From the IMG/VR virus record IMGVR_UViG_3300028593_000003: a stretch of 64,000 nucleotides of DNA. The stretch is one strand, 5' to 3'. The stretch comes from a virus (taxonomy: Duplodnaviria; Caudoviricetes). The notes under the pieces were generated by a model. The model was not told the DNA's origin and did not search any database. It worked only from the letters and a program-made list of their open reading frames with translations. Made by a program: the position numbers and the translations under genes. This document shows, in pieces, positions 27,022-36,465 of the stretch (the stretch's first letter is position 1; every line of letters starts with the position of its first letter).

Positions 27022-28746
27022 TTACGCTCCCGTTGATGCTCCGGCAAGCTCCGTAAAGGAAGCGCCGGTCTTGGTTGCAATAAAGTTCAAAACGATAAAT
27101 TCTGCGGCCCTTGTAGGCTTGATATAAATATCACACCAGAGTTCGTTTCTGTCAATTCTTTCCGGTGTATTATTTGTTTCATCACAAACAACCATATAAT
27201 CGTAAATACCTCTTCTGGAACGAACATCTCTCAAGAATGGGTCAATCATATTAACCAAGAGAAGTCTTGTAAGATCATCGTTTGGTTCGAAGAGAAAATA
27301 TTTTGCTGCGGTGGCAATTGCCTTTTCGAGGACAATGAAAAGCCTACGAACATTAATCCTATTGAAAGCAGATTCTTTATCGAGAAGTGTTTTCTGACCC
27401 CAAACAACTTTTCCCTGTCCGGCAAAAGATACAAGTGGGTTAATACCCGCTTTATAAAGAATATCTCTCTCTCCGAGAGTTGGGTTCCAAGCAAGCCTCC
27501 TGACATTTCCAAGAAGCGCTCTATTCAGACCGGCAGGAGCAAACCAAGGATCGGAAACATTATCTGTATTTGCATAAATCCCGGCAATAAAACCGGAGGC
27601 CGGAATCCATCTATATTTCCCATTCCACTTATCATAAATCTCAATCCAGTTTCCATAAATGGATGCATAACTGGTATTCTCATTCAATGTACTTTGTCTA
27701 TATGTTCTAAGAGAAGTGGCTTCATTACCGGAGTTATTGATGACAGATTCATAGAGACAATCAAGAACAGCAATACAATCTTTTCTTGTTTCTGCAATTG
27801 AAACAAGATATGATTTTACTGTAGTTGATTTATTAGAATCAATAAATACATTGACATCAATTTCTTCTGCATTCGCATAAAGGTCAATGTCATTCATAAT
27901 AAGTGCATCTGTTACTTGATCTCCCTGATCATCTGCACCACCACCAAATAATTGATAATTGGAAGTTGAAATTGTGATGTCCTGATTTTTCTGTGTTTCA
28001 TTCAGAGAAATTCTAATATAAGATGATTGTGAATTGATTTTCGTTTCTGCAAAGAGCTTCTGACCCTGATCATCAACTATATCTTCATCGGTAGAAACAT
28101 TCCAATATTCTTTTACCACATAAGATGTTTCTCCCTGTGGTTTTACTGATACAACAATTAAAAATGATTTGCTGCTGAGAAGCGGGCTATCAATTGCCGA
28201 AATGTCTGGATAGGTTTCCCAATCTGAATGGCCGCCCGATGCTATTTGATTATAAGTCGTATAATCAATAACGGCTACTTTGATATTGTTCCCCCAGGCG
28301 CCTCTTGAATCTGCAATAAGATAGAACGGGAAGCCCGCAATAGGAGAAACATCATCTGCGAAATTATCGGGGTCTTGACTTGCAAGATCGCCCAATTTGA
28401 GGGCATCGGCCACAGAGAAAGGTGAAAATGTTGCTTCTGATCCACTTACTGCCATAGTTCCGGCGAAGGTTGCTGAGACGGGCATCGTTCTCGTGCAGTA
28501 AAGTGAGTTACCATATCTCAAATAACCCGTGGCCGAAAGAATATCTTGATAACAATTCGCTATATTCGTTGGTTTTCCAAAAAAATCTATCAATTCATTT
28601 GTGGTCGTTATCAGCGTTTTCTTTCTTTCCGGCCCTTTATAAGTATTTCGCAAAATAATTGCGGCAATAGAAGTGGCTACCGCTGGAATAGTAGTAGACA
28701 AATCTATTTCATTTACATCTACGAGTGGTGACAAATAAAATGCCAT
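27022..28746 (-). CDS. gp18: Tail sheath protein (T4 gp18)
   Basis: LSPLVDVNEIDL, PWFAPAGLNR, WGQKTL, SAFNRINVRRL, FEPND, IKPTRAAEFI. Confidence 0.97.
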   Translation of the reverse strand: MAFYLSPLVDVNEIDLSTTIPAVATSIAAIILRNTYKGPERKKTLITTTNELIDFFGKPTNIANCYQDILSATGYLRYGNSLYCTRTMPVSATFAGTMAVSGSEATFSPFSVADALKLGDLASQDPDNFADDVSPIAGFPFYLIADSRGAWGNNIKVAVIDYTTYNQIASGGHSDWETYPDISAIDSPLLSSKSFLIVVSVKPQGETSYVVKEYWNVSTDEDIVDDQGQKLFAETKINSQSSYIRISLNETQKNQDITISTSNYQLFGGGADDQGDQVTDALIMNDIDLYANAEEIDVNVFIDSNKSTTVKSYLVSIAETRKDCIAVLDCLYESVINNSGNEATSLRTYRQSTLNENTSYASIYGNWIEIYDKWNGKYRWIPASGFIAGIYANTDNVSDPWFAPAGLNRALLGNVRRLAWNPTLGERDILYKAGINPLVSFAGQGKVVWGQKTLLDKESAFNRINVRRLFIVLEKAIATAAKYFLFEPNDDLTRLLLVNMIDPFLRDVRSRRGIYDYMVVCDETNNTPERIDRNELWCDIYIKPTRAAEFIVLNFIATKTGASFTELAGASTGA

Positions 28747-28797
28747 TTTATTGATCCTCCGAGTTTTTTCCTTATATATTTATGGATATTTCAATAA

Positions 28798-28805
28798 TAT
28801 TTATA
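28798..28805 (-). promoter_or_regulatory. T4-type late promoter TATAAATA (second copy CATAAATA at 28777-28784)
   Basis: Intergenic, upstream of the sheath gene. Confidence 0.7.
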
Positions 28806-28810
28806 AAAAT

Positions 28811-29311
28811 TTAACCGATTTCATATCTATCGTACATAAATGTTGCAGAACCTTCGAGTACGGCCTCCCCATCCCTCATAGAAAGAGTAAGCTCTCCGAG
28901 CTGCTGTATCCAAACATTTTTAAAATTTATAGCGAGGACACTCCCACCGAAATTATCGGATATTTGAAGTGATGCGTCAATAACCATCTCATTCGGTATA
29001 ACACCAAACCTATCCTTGTTATTATTTATATAAAATATCCAATTTGTCAGAGCTTTCCAGTTTCTAAATTCCGAATCTACAATAAAATTGACTGTCCAAG
29101 AGTCAAAAGTAAGCTTTCCAATCTGTAGTTGTAATCTGCCACCCTGCCAGGGAGCTTCAACATTATCAAGTGCCAAGCCGGGGATGACGGTTCCAAACAA
29201 ATTCAGCTCAAGTTCAGCAGTCGCAGCACGGGATGTCTCCGATGGTAATACGGGAAAAACCAGCTTAAAATTGGTGGGGGTCGCCCTGTTTACATTTACC
29301 GATAATGCCAT
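28811..29311 (-). CDS. Tail tube terminator (T4 gp3-like)
   Basis: NRATPTNFKL, IPG, KLTFDSWTVNFIVDSEFRNW. Confidence 0.75.
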   Translation of the reverse strand: MALSVNVNRATPTNFKLVFPVLPSETSRAATAELELNLFGTVIPGLALDNVEAPWQGGRLQLQIGKLTFDSWTVNFIVDSEFRNWKALTNWIFYINNNKDRFGVIPNEMVIDASLQISDNFGGSVLAINFKNVWIQQLGELTLSMRDGEAVLEGSATFMYDRYEIG

Positions 29312-29320
29312 TTTTACCCC

Positions 29321-30124
29321 TTATGGATCCCAAATTCCTCTGCCAGGGAAAATCTCATATCTTGACAGTATTCCTGCTGTCTCATCGTACCCAAGCGCTT
29401 CCACATAAACAGCCTCAGCATAATTCCCGCTGGCACCAGATGTGAAGGTGGTTTCTGTTTCAGTTTCCATTGCGCCCTTGGTCGTATAAATCCTGGCCAT
29501 CGCCTTTTCGATGAGTTTGTTTCCTGCGACACCTTCCTCTGATATCGGAAGTATAAAATATCCCTGTATTGTAAATGTCAATGTCCATTTCAACACTCTC
29601 CAATCCTCTTCTCCCCAATCTTCCATAATATCCGGTGTGGCACTATTGAAAACAACCTTCAATTCGATATTGGCATCCAATTCCGGAACACCAATCCTTA
29701 TCATCGTAAACGGATTGAAAAATGGTAATATCTGCTCCAAAATCTGGTCAATGTCAACAATGTGAAGTGCCCAGATGTTCACATTGAGAAGAAAATTATA
29801 CGGTACAAGGTTCTTGACGATTTCCTGTGTAGCCTGCTCATAGTCCTTTGACACAACAATATCGACATTCTTGTTTCCAAGTCTCGTACTGTCATAATCT
29901 ATTGACATAAGAGTTACGGAGATAATGGGGAGTTGTTCTTCTGTGGAATATTCCTTGACCCAGTAATAGGCCTTTTCCTTTGGGCCAAATTTTACAGGAA
30001 CAAGTACGGTCTTTGTAATATTCCCGTCATTGTCATACCTCGCCACATATATCTCGTTCAACATATCGAGAAATTGTATAAGAGTTTTTCTGAAAATTTT
30101 ATAATAATAGTATGTTCTGGCCAT
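29321..30124 (-). CDS. gp15: Tail sheath stabiliser/terminator (T4 gp15)
   Basis: YYYKIFRK, VPVKFGPKEK, LP, YDSTR, VPYNF, QILEQILPFFNP. Confidence 0.92.
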   Translation of the reverse strand: MARTYYYYKIFRKTLIQFLDMLNEIYVARYDNDGNITKTVLVPVKFGPKEKAYYWVKEYSTEEQLPIISVTLMSIDYDSTRLGNKNVDIVVSKDYEQATQEIVKNLVPYNFLLNVNIWALHIVDIDQILEQILPFFNPFTMIRIGVPELDANIELKVVFNSATPDIMEDWGEEDWRVLKWTLTFTIQGYFILPISEEGVAGNKLIEKAMARIYTTKGAMETETETTFTSGASGNYAEAVYVEALGYDETAGILSRYEIFPGRGIWDP

Positions 30125-30501
30125 TATTTCTTATCGCCTTCACCCTCTTTCTTTTCACTTTTCTTTGCTTCATTTTTCTTTTTATTCAATTCTGCTGAAT
30201 ATATTGATATAGCCTGGGCAATATTGACTAAGGCTTTTCTTGCGTCTTTCAATTTTTTGGTATCAGCAACACCGGGCCCGAGCTTCTCAAAACCTTGCTG
30301 TTGAGTTTGAATATCTTTCGCATCTTTCTCTAAGTCTTTCCACGATGCAATCTTCTTCTCAATTTCGGAAGCGGATAATTTTCGTGCATCCGCGGCATAA
30401 ACCTTTTTCCAGACCCAACTCATAAGACCCTCGGAAATCTGAGATTCGTATATTTCCTGTAGTTTTTTAACTTCCTCTGTATCATTCGTAAAATATCCCA
30501 T
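30124..30501 (-). CDS. Hypothetical protein, possibly an internal head protein
   Basis: 125-aa ORF with a GGAGG RBS and ISE near the N-terminus. Confidence 0.65.
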   Translation of the reverse strand: MGYFTNDTEEVKKLQEIYESQISEGLMSWVWKKVYAADARKLSASEIEKKIASWKDLEKDAKDIQTQQQGFEKLGPGVADTKKLKDARKALVNIAQAISIYSAELNKKKNEAKKSEKKEGEGDKK

Positions 30502-30513
30502 TTCTATTTCCTC

Positions 30514-32304
30514 CTACCAGTTCTTCTCCAATGTAAAATTTGCCCTTGAAAATTCAAGCCTGTCAACCAGTTTCAATATGTTACCAGACTTGTCAATAAC
30601 ACAGAAACCTTCCGGCTTTGTGACATTGTATCCATCACCACTACGGATGAATGTTCCGATGTTACTGATTTCCCCGAATTTCCTTACAAAAATATTTTTC
30701 AGGCGGATGAAAATCAGGTAAAGATACAGTAATCCCATTATTTCTCTCTTATATTTATGAAGAAAATGATGAGCAGAATCTATCATTTCCATTCTTCTTT
30801 TCTTGGCCTCTGGTGATTTCACCTGCTCAGCCTGTTCTTCATACCTTCTTTTTATGAAGAACATAAAATCTTCATAATAGGAAGTGATCGAGCGTAATGC
30901 TTGGGCGTTCTTGATGTTCTCATTGTGGAATATCCTGAACAGTTCATAAAGACCGAAGCTCTTCATTTTCTTGAAGATATCTTCCTTGACATATTTGGAA
31001 ACCCTTTCCGCCTCCGAAATCAGTTCATTGACTTTATCCACTTCCGACCTTGAGAAATTTACCGTACCACTTTCATCCCTGAAGTAGGCATCCTGCACCC
31101 ACACATCAGCGTCATTGAAATGGTCTGATACATCTATATTGAATTTGGCCGAAAGAGTATCGAGAGTTTTTCCTGTATATTCAGTATGAATGACGATGCC
31201 CATTTTCGCCCTTTTGATTTTCTGTGCCAAGTCACTATCACTTGGAACGGCATAGGTAATCGTATTTGGCGTGAATGTAATATACTTCACACCGTTTATG
31301 CTCTCCATTTTCTTGTCATCCGTAAAGAGAAGGTCACCTTGATATATCGTGTTTACTCCGAGATCTGATAGATATTTGAGGGATGTTTTCAACTTAGCTA
31401 CAAGTCCTGGCGCATGACCGAAATGCTCATTTACATCGGCATCCGTGTAGGCCAATTTTGGTGTCTTGTTGAAGAGGGCTTTTGTGCTAACAAAAAATTT
31501 CTTGTTCTCCGGATTGATACCAAAGAAAACAGCTGGCGCACCATCCCATTTGACTGTGATGGTCGCCCTATTTTTCGAATCTCCGGAAAGCGTGTCGCGA
31601 ATTAGCTCAGCCAACTCGATGTTCTTTTTTATACCGTCCACACCGTTGTTGAACATATTGTCCTCAAAATGTTCCATATGGCGGTTGATATCCTCATTGA
31701 TGAGTTCCTGTATGGTGTATGTCCTTTCTTCCTTGAACAGCTGACCCCTGACATTTCCAGGCCTTCCAACTGTTGCCTTGAGGAGCTTGCGAAACTTCTC
31801 AAACCATTCCTCATTATCCAATCCTTTTGCCACATTCCTTTTATATTCCTTGAAATCATTATTCCCAATAGCTTTTCTTGCCTTGGACGCAGAAATATCC
31901 TCCTCGGTTCTTTTTATTTCATCGAAGATGACATTATAATCCACTCCCCGAAACTGTACTTTATATCCGTCAATCCTGTCAGAACCGGCAATAATTGCAA
32001 TTCCATTCCCAGTTTCGATATTTTCCTGTTCAATGATGTCAGGAATATAGCCGTGGGATGACAATATCGGTTGCGCCTTCGGGTTCGTTATTCTGATGAT
32101 CGATCTTCTCTGATTGTATGTGAGGAAATTCTTGGCAAGTTTTGAGGATTTCTCACCCTCGATGATAAAAATATACACCCTCGAATATCTCTTCAAGGCA
32201 TCTTCAATAATTTTTTGGTGGGCTTTCGTAGGTGGTGACATTCTACCTATGAAAATTCCCACCGCTTTTGATTTCTGTTCCGTAAGGAATGTGGAAAATT
32301 TCAT
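30514..32304 (-). CDS. Cytidylyltransferase-like domain fused to a DUF6267-like (RNA-ligase-type) domain; leader MKFSTFLTE
   Basis: GRMSPPTKAH and AGSDR...ISASKAR (HIGH-class NTase), then HMEHFED, TVKWDG, QGD, EGFCV, KLVDR. Start at 32304 by TGATG coupling. Confidence 0.8.
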   Translation of the reverse strand: MKFSTFLTEQKSKAVGIFIGRMSPPTKAHQKIIEDALKRYSRVYIFIIEGEKSSKLAKNFLTYNQRRSIIRITNPKAQPILSSHGYIPDIIEQENIETGNGIAIIAGSDRIDGYKVQFRGVDYNVIFDEIKRTEEDISASKARKAIGNNDFKEYKRNVAKGLDNEEWFEKFRKLLKATVGRPGNVRGQLFKEERTYTIQELINEDINRHMEHFEDNMFNNGVDGIKKNIELAELIRDTLSGDSKNRATITVKWDGAPAVFFGINPENKKFFVSTKALFNKTPKLAYTDADVNEHFGHAPGLVAKLKTSLKYLSDLGVNTIYQGDLLFTDDKKMESINGVKYITFTPNTITYAVPSDSDLAQKIKRAKMGIVIHTEYTGKTLDTLSAKFNIDVSDHFNDADVWVQDAYFRDESGTVNFSRSEVDKVNELISEAERVSKYVKEDIFKKMKSFGLYELFRIFHNENIKNAQALRSITSYYEDFMFFIKRRYEEQAEQVKSPEAKKRRMEMIDSAHHFLHKYKREIMGLLYLYLIFIRLKNIFVRKFGEISNIGTFIRSGDGYNVTKPEGFCVIDKSGNILKLVDRLEFSRANFTLEKNW

Positions 32305-32552
32305 CAGCTGTGAACCCAAAATCCTCTTTTCTGCAATCCGGCCACTATCTGCTGGAAGAGCTTATATCTGTCATTCGGATTGCTCTCCATCTTACTTACC
32401 ATATGGGAAATATCGCTGTAGAAAATATCTCCGGCAATAGTCTTTCCCCCCTTTTCCATCGGGTGTGCCCGTGTTCTGGCAATCTTGTTTACCAAGATTT
32501 CTACATCTTGAGGTTTCGTTTTGAATTCTTTCAAATATTTTTGAAGTCTCAT
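32304..32552 (-). CDS. Small protein with YLxE leader (MRLQKYLKE)
   Basis: Coupled ORF carrying the shared leader. Confidence 0.75.
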   Translation of the reverse strand: MRLQKYLKEFKTKPQDVEILVNKIARTRAHPMEKGGKTIAGDIFYSDISHMVSKMESNPNDRYKLFQQIVAGLQKRGFWVHS

Positions 32553-32875
32553 TTATTCAACCTCTTGTTTATCTTCTGCCTCATTGCTTCCAAGTTTGTA
32601 ATATTATCTACCTTCGTAATCAGGTCATTGGCCACTTTTATGAGAAGTTTCAAATTACTTTGAACTTCAGGTATATAATCCAAATTCATTTCGTACATCA
32701 TCCCTGAAGCGCTTGACCAATTACTTTGAATTTCATCGAAGGCATCCTGTAAATCATCCAATACATTTTCTATCTCATCTTCCAGCTTATCAATTCTCTT
32801 ATCAAGGTCTTTTAGCTTCGGGTCGCGGGCCGCGGCCTCTCGCAAATATTCCCCAATTTTCTTCTCTATACTCAT
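32549..32875 (-). CDS. Small coiled-coil protein with YLxE leader (MSIEKKIGEYLRE)
   Basis: Coupled ORF carrying the shared leader. Confidence 0.75.
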   Translation of the reverse strand: MSIEKKIGEYLREAAARDPKLKDLDKRIDKLEDEIENVLDDLQDAFDEIQSNWSSASGMMYEMNLDYIPEVQSNLKLLIKVANDLITKVDNITNLEAMRQKINKRLNK

Positions 32876-33201
32876 CTCTTCATTCCCTCCAAATCTCTGG
32901 CAAGCGTGCTTCTCTCATCCTTCGCCGCATAGTCCATATTATAATTCATCTGCTTGATTATTTCCTTTGGTATACCAAGTTCCTCTCCCTTCTTGGTATT
33001 CACATCTTTCTTTATTCTTACATATCTGTCAAAATTCTTGAGAGCTTCTGCTGGATTGTCTTTATATGCCTCAAAAATCTTTTTCCTCTGAAGCTCAAGA
33101 TCTTGAATGGATGTCTTGATGAGATGCTTACCTCCCTCAAGCCAGTCCTCATCTTTTTTTGTTCCCTTGAAGATTTTGGATATCATTTCTATTGCTTTCA
33201 T
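32872..33201 (-). CDS. Hypothetical protein (MKAIEMISKIF...)
   Basis: Start placed at 33201 by TAATG coupling and a GGGGAG RBS. Confidence 0.65.
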   Translation of the reverse strand: MKAIEMISKIFKGTKKDEDWLEGGKHLIKTSIQDLELQRKKIFEAYKDNPAEALKNFDRYVRIKKDVNTKKGEELGIPKEIIKQMNYNMDYAAKDERSTLARDLEGMKR

Positions 33202-33554
33202 TATAAACTCAAACTCCCCGATTTGGCAAGATATACGGTCATTGCCCATACTTGGGCCCTTTTATCTTCCGGAACATCTCTCAAATCTCCTGTATATTTT
33301 AATTCCTGGCTTACATATTTTTTAATTATTGGCTCCTCATTAGGGCTCTTGTCAAGTATCTTTATATATTCTGCCCATAGTTTATTATCGACATCCCCCA
33401 GTATAGACGATAATCTCTTCGCATCATCAATATTTTTTGCGGAGGCTATCTTGAACATAAACTTTGTCAGATCCCACAGCCCGGCGGCCTCCATCAAATT
33501 CATCGGTTCTTTTATATAGAGATATTTTTCAATAAGTCTATCTTCTTTTTTCAT
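33201..33554 (-). CDS. Small protein with leader MKKEDRLIEKYL
   Basis: Coupled ORF with a leader variant. Confidence 0.7.
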   Translation of the reverse strand: MKKEDRLIEKYLYIKEPMNLMEAAGLWDLTKFMFKIASAKNIDDAKRLSSILGDVDNKLWAEYIKILDKSPNEEPIIKKYVSQELKYTGDLRDVPEDKRAQVWAMTVYLAKSGSLSL

Positions 33555-33817
33555 ACATTTGTCCTCTGTATTACTTTTTCATTCGGAGATTTTCCCCAAT
33601 ATGGATTTTCTTTCGCTTTCTCAATCAGATCATCTGGTGGCTCTTCATTGAGAAGTTGCGGGTGAAAGAGTATTCTATATTGTGGTCTTTTCTTCTCATC
33701 AAAATACGCAACAAGGGCAGACCAGCTGTTGATTTCCTGTATCACTACACCTTTCAACATAACCTTCTTGTTGATTTGTGCCCTTCCTACAACATAATCT
33801 CCGCTTTCAAGTTTCAT
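33551..33817 (-). CDS. Hypothetical protein (beta-rich, no leader)
   Basis: ATGA-coupled ORF. Confidence 0.65.
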   Translation of the reverse strand: MKLESGDYVVGRAQINKKVMLKGVVIQEINSWSALVAYFDEKKRPQYRILFHPQLLNEEPPDDLIEKAKENPYWGKSPNEKVIQRTNV

Positions 33818-34218
33818 TTCTTTTTCCCCGTCCTTGTTAAAGCGTCCAAATCTTCTTCCCTGATTTTTCCAAGGATGAAATAAAGATATTTTTTCTCATC
33901 ATCGTCCAGGCGTCTTTCAACCGCCCTTTTTATGTTATAAGATAGCATTGAATAATCCGCCCACGCGCCCTGTTTTTGAGTATATTTTTCAGCATATTTT
34001 TTGAGAAGGCCTTGAAATGTCTCATCCGCCCTCAATTTTTCCACAATCTCCTCCCCCCTTTTACTGTAAAAATAATTCTGGACTTTGACTTTTATCCTTT
34101 GATAAATATCTTGCGCCTCTCTTGAAATGGCGAGACCGAGCAGTCCTCCCATTACTATTGATAGTAGATATACGAAAGTTGGGTCTGCCTGTTCCGTCAA
34201 GTAATTTTTAAGCCTCAT
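33814..34218 (-). CDS. Protein with leader MRLKNYLTE followed by a transmembrane helix
   Basis: Hydrophobic stretch FVYLLSIVMGGLLGLAI follows the leader. Confidence 0.75.
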   Translation of the reverse strand: MRLKNYLTEQADPTFVYLLSIVMGGLLGLAISREAQDIYQRIKVKVQNYFYSKRGEEIVEKLRADETFQGLLKKYAEKYTQKQGAWADYSMLSYNIKRAVERRLDDDEKKYLYFILGKIREEDLDALTRTGKKK

Positions 34219-34544
34219 TTCTTTATTTTCTCCACCGCCTGTTTTATTTTTGAGATTTTTGCCACATCTTCGGAAAACCAGATGAGCCTGTCAAATAGTG
34301 GCTGTTCGTTATCATATCCACCATTCTCTCGTTCCCTTATCCAATCCCAAAATTCGTTTTCTTCATCAGCAATAGTCACCAAGGCATTGAATGATAATCT
34401 TTTCAGGTTCTTTTCGAAGTTGTCATAAACCATTTGAATATCATCTTCGGCATCATCCAGTAGCTTTTTGATTTCTTCCCATTCAGGTTGCTTTTGATAT
34501 GTCCACTCTTTCAAGTATTTTTCAAGCTTCTTATCTATTTGCAT
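34215..34544 (-). CDS. Small protein with leader MQIDKKLEKYLKE
   Basis: Coupled ORF carrying the shared leader. Confidence 0.75.
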   Translation of the reverse strand: MQIDKKLEKYLKEWTYQKQPEWEEIKKLLDDAEDDIQMVYDNFEKNLKRLSFNALVTIADEENEFWDWIRERENGGYDNEQPLFDRLIWFSEDVAKISKIKQAVEKIKK

Positions 34545-34776
34545 CGTAATCTCTCCTCAATTTCATCAGATCTTTTCTGATGCTCCGAATTGTATCTTCT
34601 ATACTTTTACGAGAAAATCCGGCGCCAAGGGATTTCATATTATCTTCTATATCATCAAGAAGTTTTGGTAACCTTTTCTCACACCATTTTTTATAATATA
34701 GGAGCAATTCTTCGTGATATTCGGGATCAATATTTTCAGTCAAATACTTTTCGATTTTATCATCTATTCTTTTCAT
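34531..34776 (-). CDS. Small protein with leader MKRIDDKIEKYLTE
   Basis: Start at 34776 (ATGA overlap). Confidence 0.75.
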   Translation of the reverse strand: MKRIDDKIEKYLTENIDPEYHEELLLYYKKWCEKRLPKLLDDIEDNMKSLGAGFSRKSIEDTIRSIRKDLMKLRRDYDANR

Positions 34777-35144
34777 TTGACATACCATCCATATTTTTTC
34801 TTGATGAATTTGGCGTGCTCATCCATCTCACTTACGAGCTCACTTACCAGATCCTCTGATATATATTGTAGAAGCTGATCTTGAACAAAAACAATAAGCT
34901 TTGCATAAAAGGTTTGGAAACATCTTTTCTGCCCAACCGGATCATCTTTGTATATTTCCATACAAGTATTCTCAGCATATTCATCCATTGCATTCAATGT
35001 TTTTGAAACAGTTTCTTTGAAAGCCTCCTCAGCTCTTTTCTGTGCAGCCTTGAGTTGTCCTCTCAATGGATTAAACCTGCTATCAATTGCCTCAGAAATA
35101 TTTTCGTTCAAATATCTATCAATCTTCTCGTCAATCGTTTTCAT
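34773..35144 (-). CDS. Small protein with leader MKTIDEKIDRYLNE
   Basis: Start at 35144 with a GAGGAG RBS. Confidence 0.75.
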   Translation of the reverse strand: MKTIDEKIDRYLNENISEAIDSRFNPLRGQLKAAQKRAEEAFKETVSKTLNAMDEYAENTCMEIYKDDPVGQKRCFQTFYAKLIVFVQDQLLQYISEDLVSELVSEMDEHAKFIKKKYGWYVK

Positions 35145-35145
35145 T

Positions 35146-35427
35146 TCAATACTCCTCATAATTTGGGCAAATTCCCTGTGGGTCTACATCCAATCCCGCG
35201 TGGATTGGAATGGGAATATCATATTCTTTAGCAATAATACTCATATTTTGTTCATTTCTACAAGTCATTTCAAGATAATAGTCACAGGTTCCACAACATT
35301 TTTGTTTCGTCATTTTATACCCAATGGCTTTCAGATCGAGTTTTGAAAGATCAATTCTTCCCTTTGGAGAATGATATATTGTGGCGTCTGTCAGATACAT
35401 ATCAATCTTCTCTTCAATCGTTTTCAT
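35146..35427 (-). CDS. Cys-rich small protein with leader MKTIEEKIDMYLTD
   Basis: CxxC...C...GxC pattern; paralog of 47883-48131. Confidence 0.75.
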   Translation of the reverse strand: MKTIEEKIDMYLTDATIYHSPKGRIDLSKLDLKAIGYKMTKQKCCGTCDYYLEMTCRNEQNMSIIAKEYDIPIPIHAGLDVDPQGICPNYEEY

Positions 35428-35831
35428 TATACTTTCTCCTGTAGTAACCTTATTAACTTCTCCAAGACATACTGTGCCTTATAGGGCATATCCGATACGA
35501 CACCGTGGGTCTTATTATTGATATCAATAGCAACACTTCTTGCTAGTTCTTTTGCAATCTTGTCAAGTTCTGGATAGTGGCCAAAAAGAGTTTTCTGGAT
35601 TTGCTTGTCAGCACTTCTCAATGCTGCCAAATCTTCCTTGTATCCCTCTTTCAATGAAGGGAAAACACGCTCTTTATTTTTGGGATGCCACATAGAATGA
35701 CCGTGACAATATCCCCCATCTCCTCTGGCTCCACCCCTTGTCCTTGTTCTCGCCCTTATCATCTTCTTACCACAAACAGGACATACCTCGTTTTGCTCAC
35801 CGATATATTTCTGGATTACTTTGTCTATCAT
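35427..35831 (-). CDS. Zn-ribbon protein with leader MIDKVIQKYIGE
   Basis: CPVCG...YCHGH. Confidence 0.7.
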   Translation of the reverse strand: MIDKVIQKYIGEQNEVCPVCGKKMIRARTRTRGGARGDGGYCHGHSMWHPKNKERVFPSLKEGYKEDLAALRSADKQIQKTLFGHYPELDKIAKELARSVAIDINNKTHGVVSDMPYKAQYVLEKLIRLLQEKV

Positions 35832-35837
35832 TTTTTA

Positions 35838-36461
35838 TCAATACCCATAGATTTTCGTATCAATATCGTCGTAACTATCAATTGTATTGGATTGCTCCTC
35901 AATCCAAGTATTATCACCGTATGCAGAAATGGGTTTACTTGTGACTGCGATATCCTCCGCACTCTCACTCTGCTCAGAATATCTGAATGGCCTCAAAATC
36001 AGAACCCATATCATTTTCTTGAGCTGGAATGCTTTATCATCATCATCAACGTGGCAAACTTCGAAAGCACGGTCAGCCATCTGATACCAGGCAATATGAA
36101 CAGCATCACCAATTTTGGGATTTACTGTCTTGCTCACATCCCTTCTCCAAGTATTCATCGGGATATGTGCTGTAATGACATCACCACCGACCATTCCGAA
36201 AGATGACCACAAATTCGGCTCGTCTGCCACTTCGTAAATTATTCGTGTCGTTTTCGGATCCTCATATGCCGTGCTCGTATGTTCACCATATAATGTGTCA
36301 TATTCAATAGCATTTGACCGGATGTAATAATTTATCTGGACACCGGCAATGTCTGTATATTCCATAATCAGGCTTTCCGCGAGCATATGCTCTTGATTGC
36401 CCTCTATGTCATATAAATTCCATTGAGGTTTCTGTATACCAGTTCTATTGGATTTGTTCAT
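35838..36461 (-). CDS. gp14: Neck protein (T4 gp14)
   Basis: EHMLAESLIMEY, YYIR, DTLYGE, SSFG, PKIGD, FEVCHV, FRYSEQ. Confidence 0.88.
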   Translation of the reverse strand: MNKSNRTGIQKPQWNLYDIEGNQEHMLAESLIMEYTDIAGVQINYYIRSNAIEYDTLYGEHTSTAYEDPKTTRIIYEVADEPNLWSSFGMVGGDVITAHIPMNTWRRDVSKTVNPKIGDAVHIAWYQMADRAFEVCHVDDDDKAFQLKKMIWVLILRPFRYSEQSESAEDIAVTSKPISAYGDNTWIEEQSNTIDSYDDIDTKIYGY

Positions 36462-36465
36462 TTAT

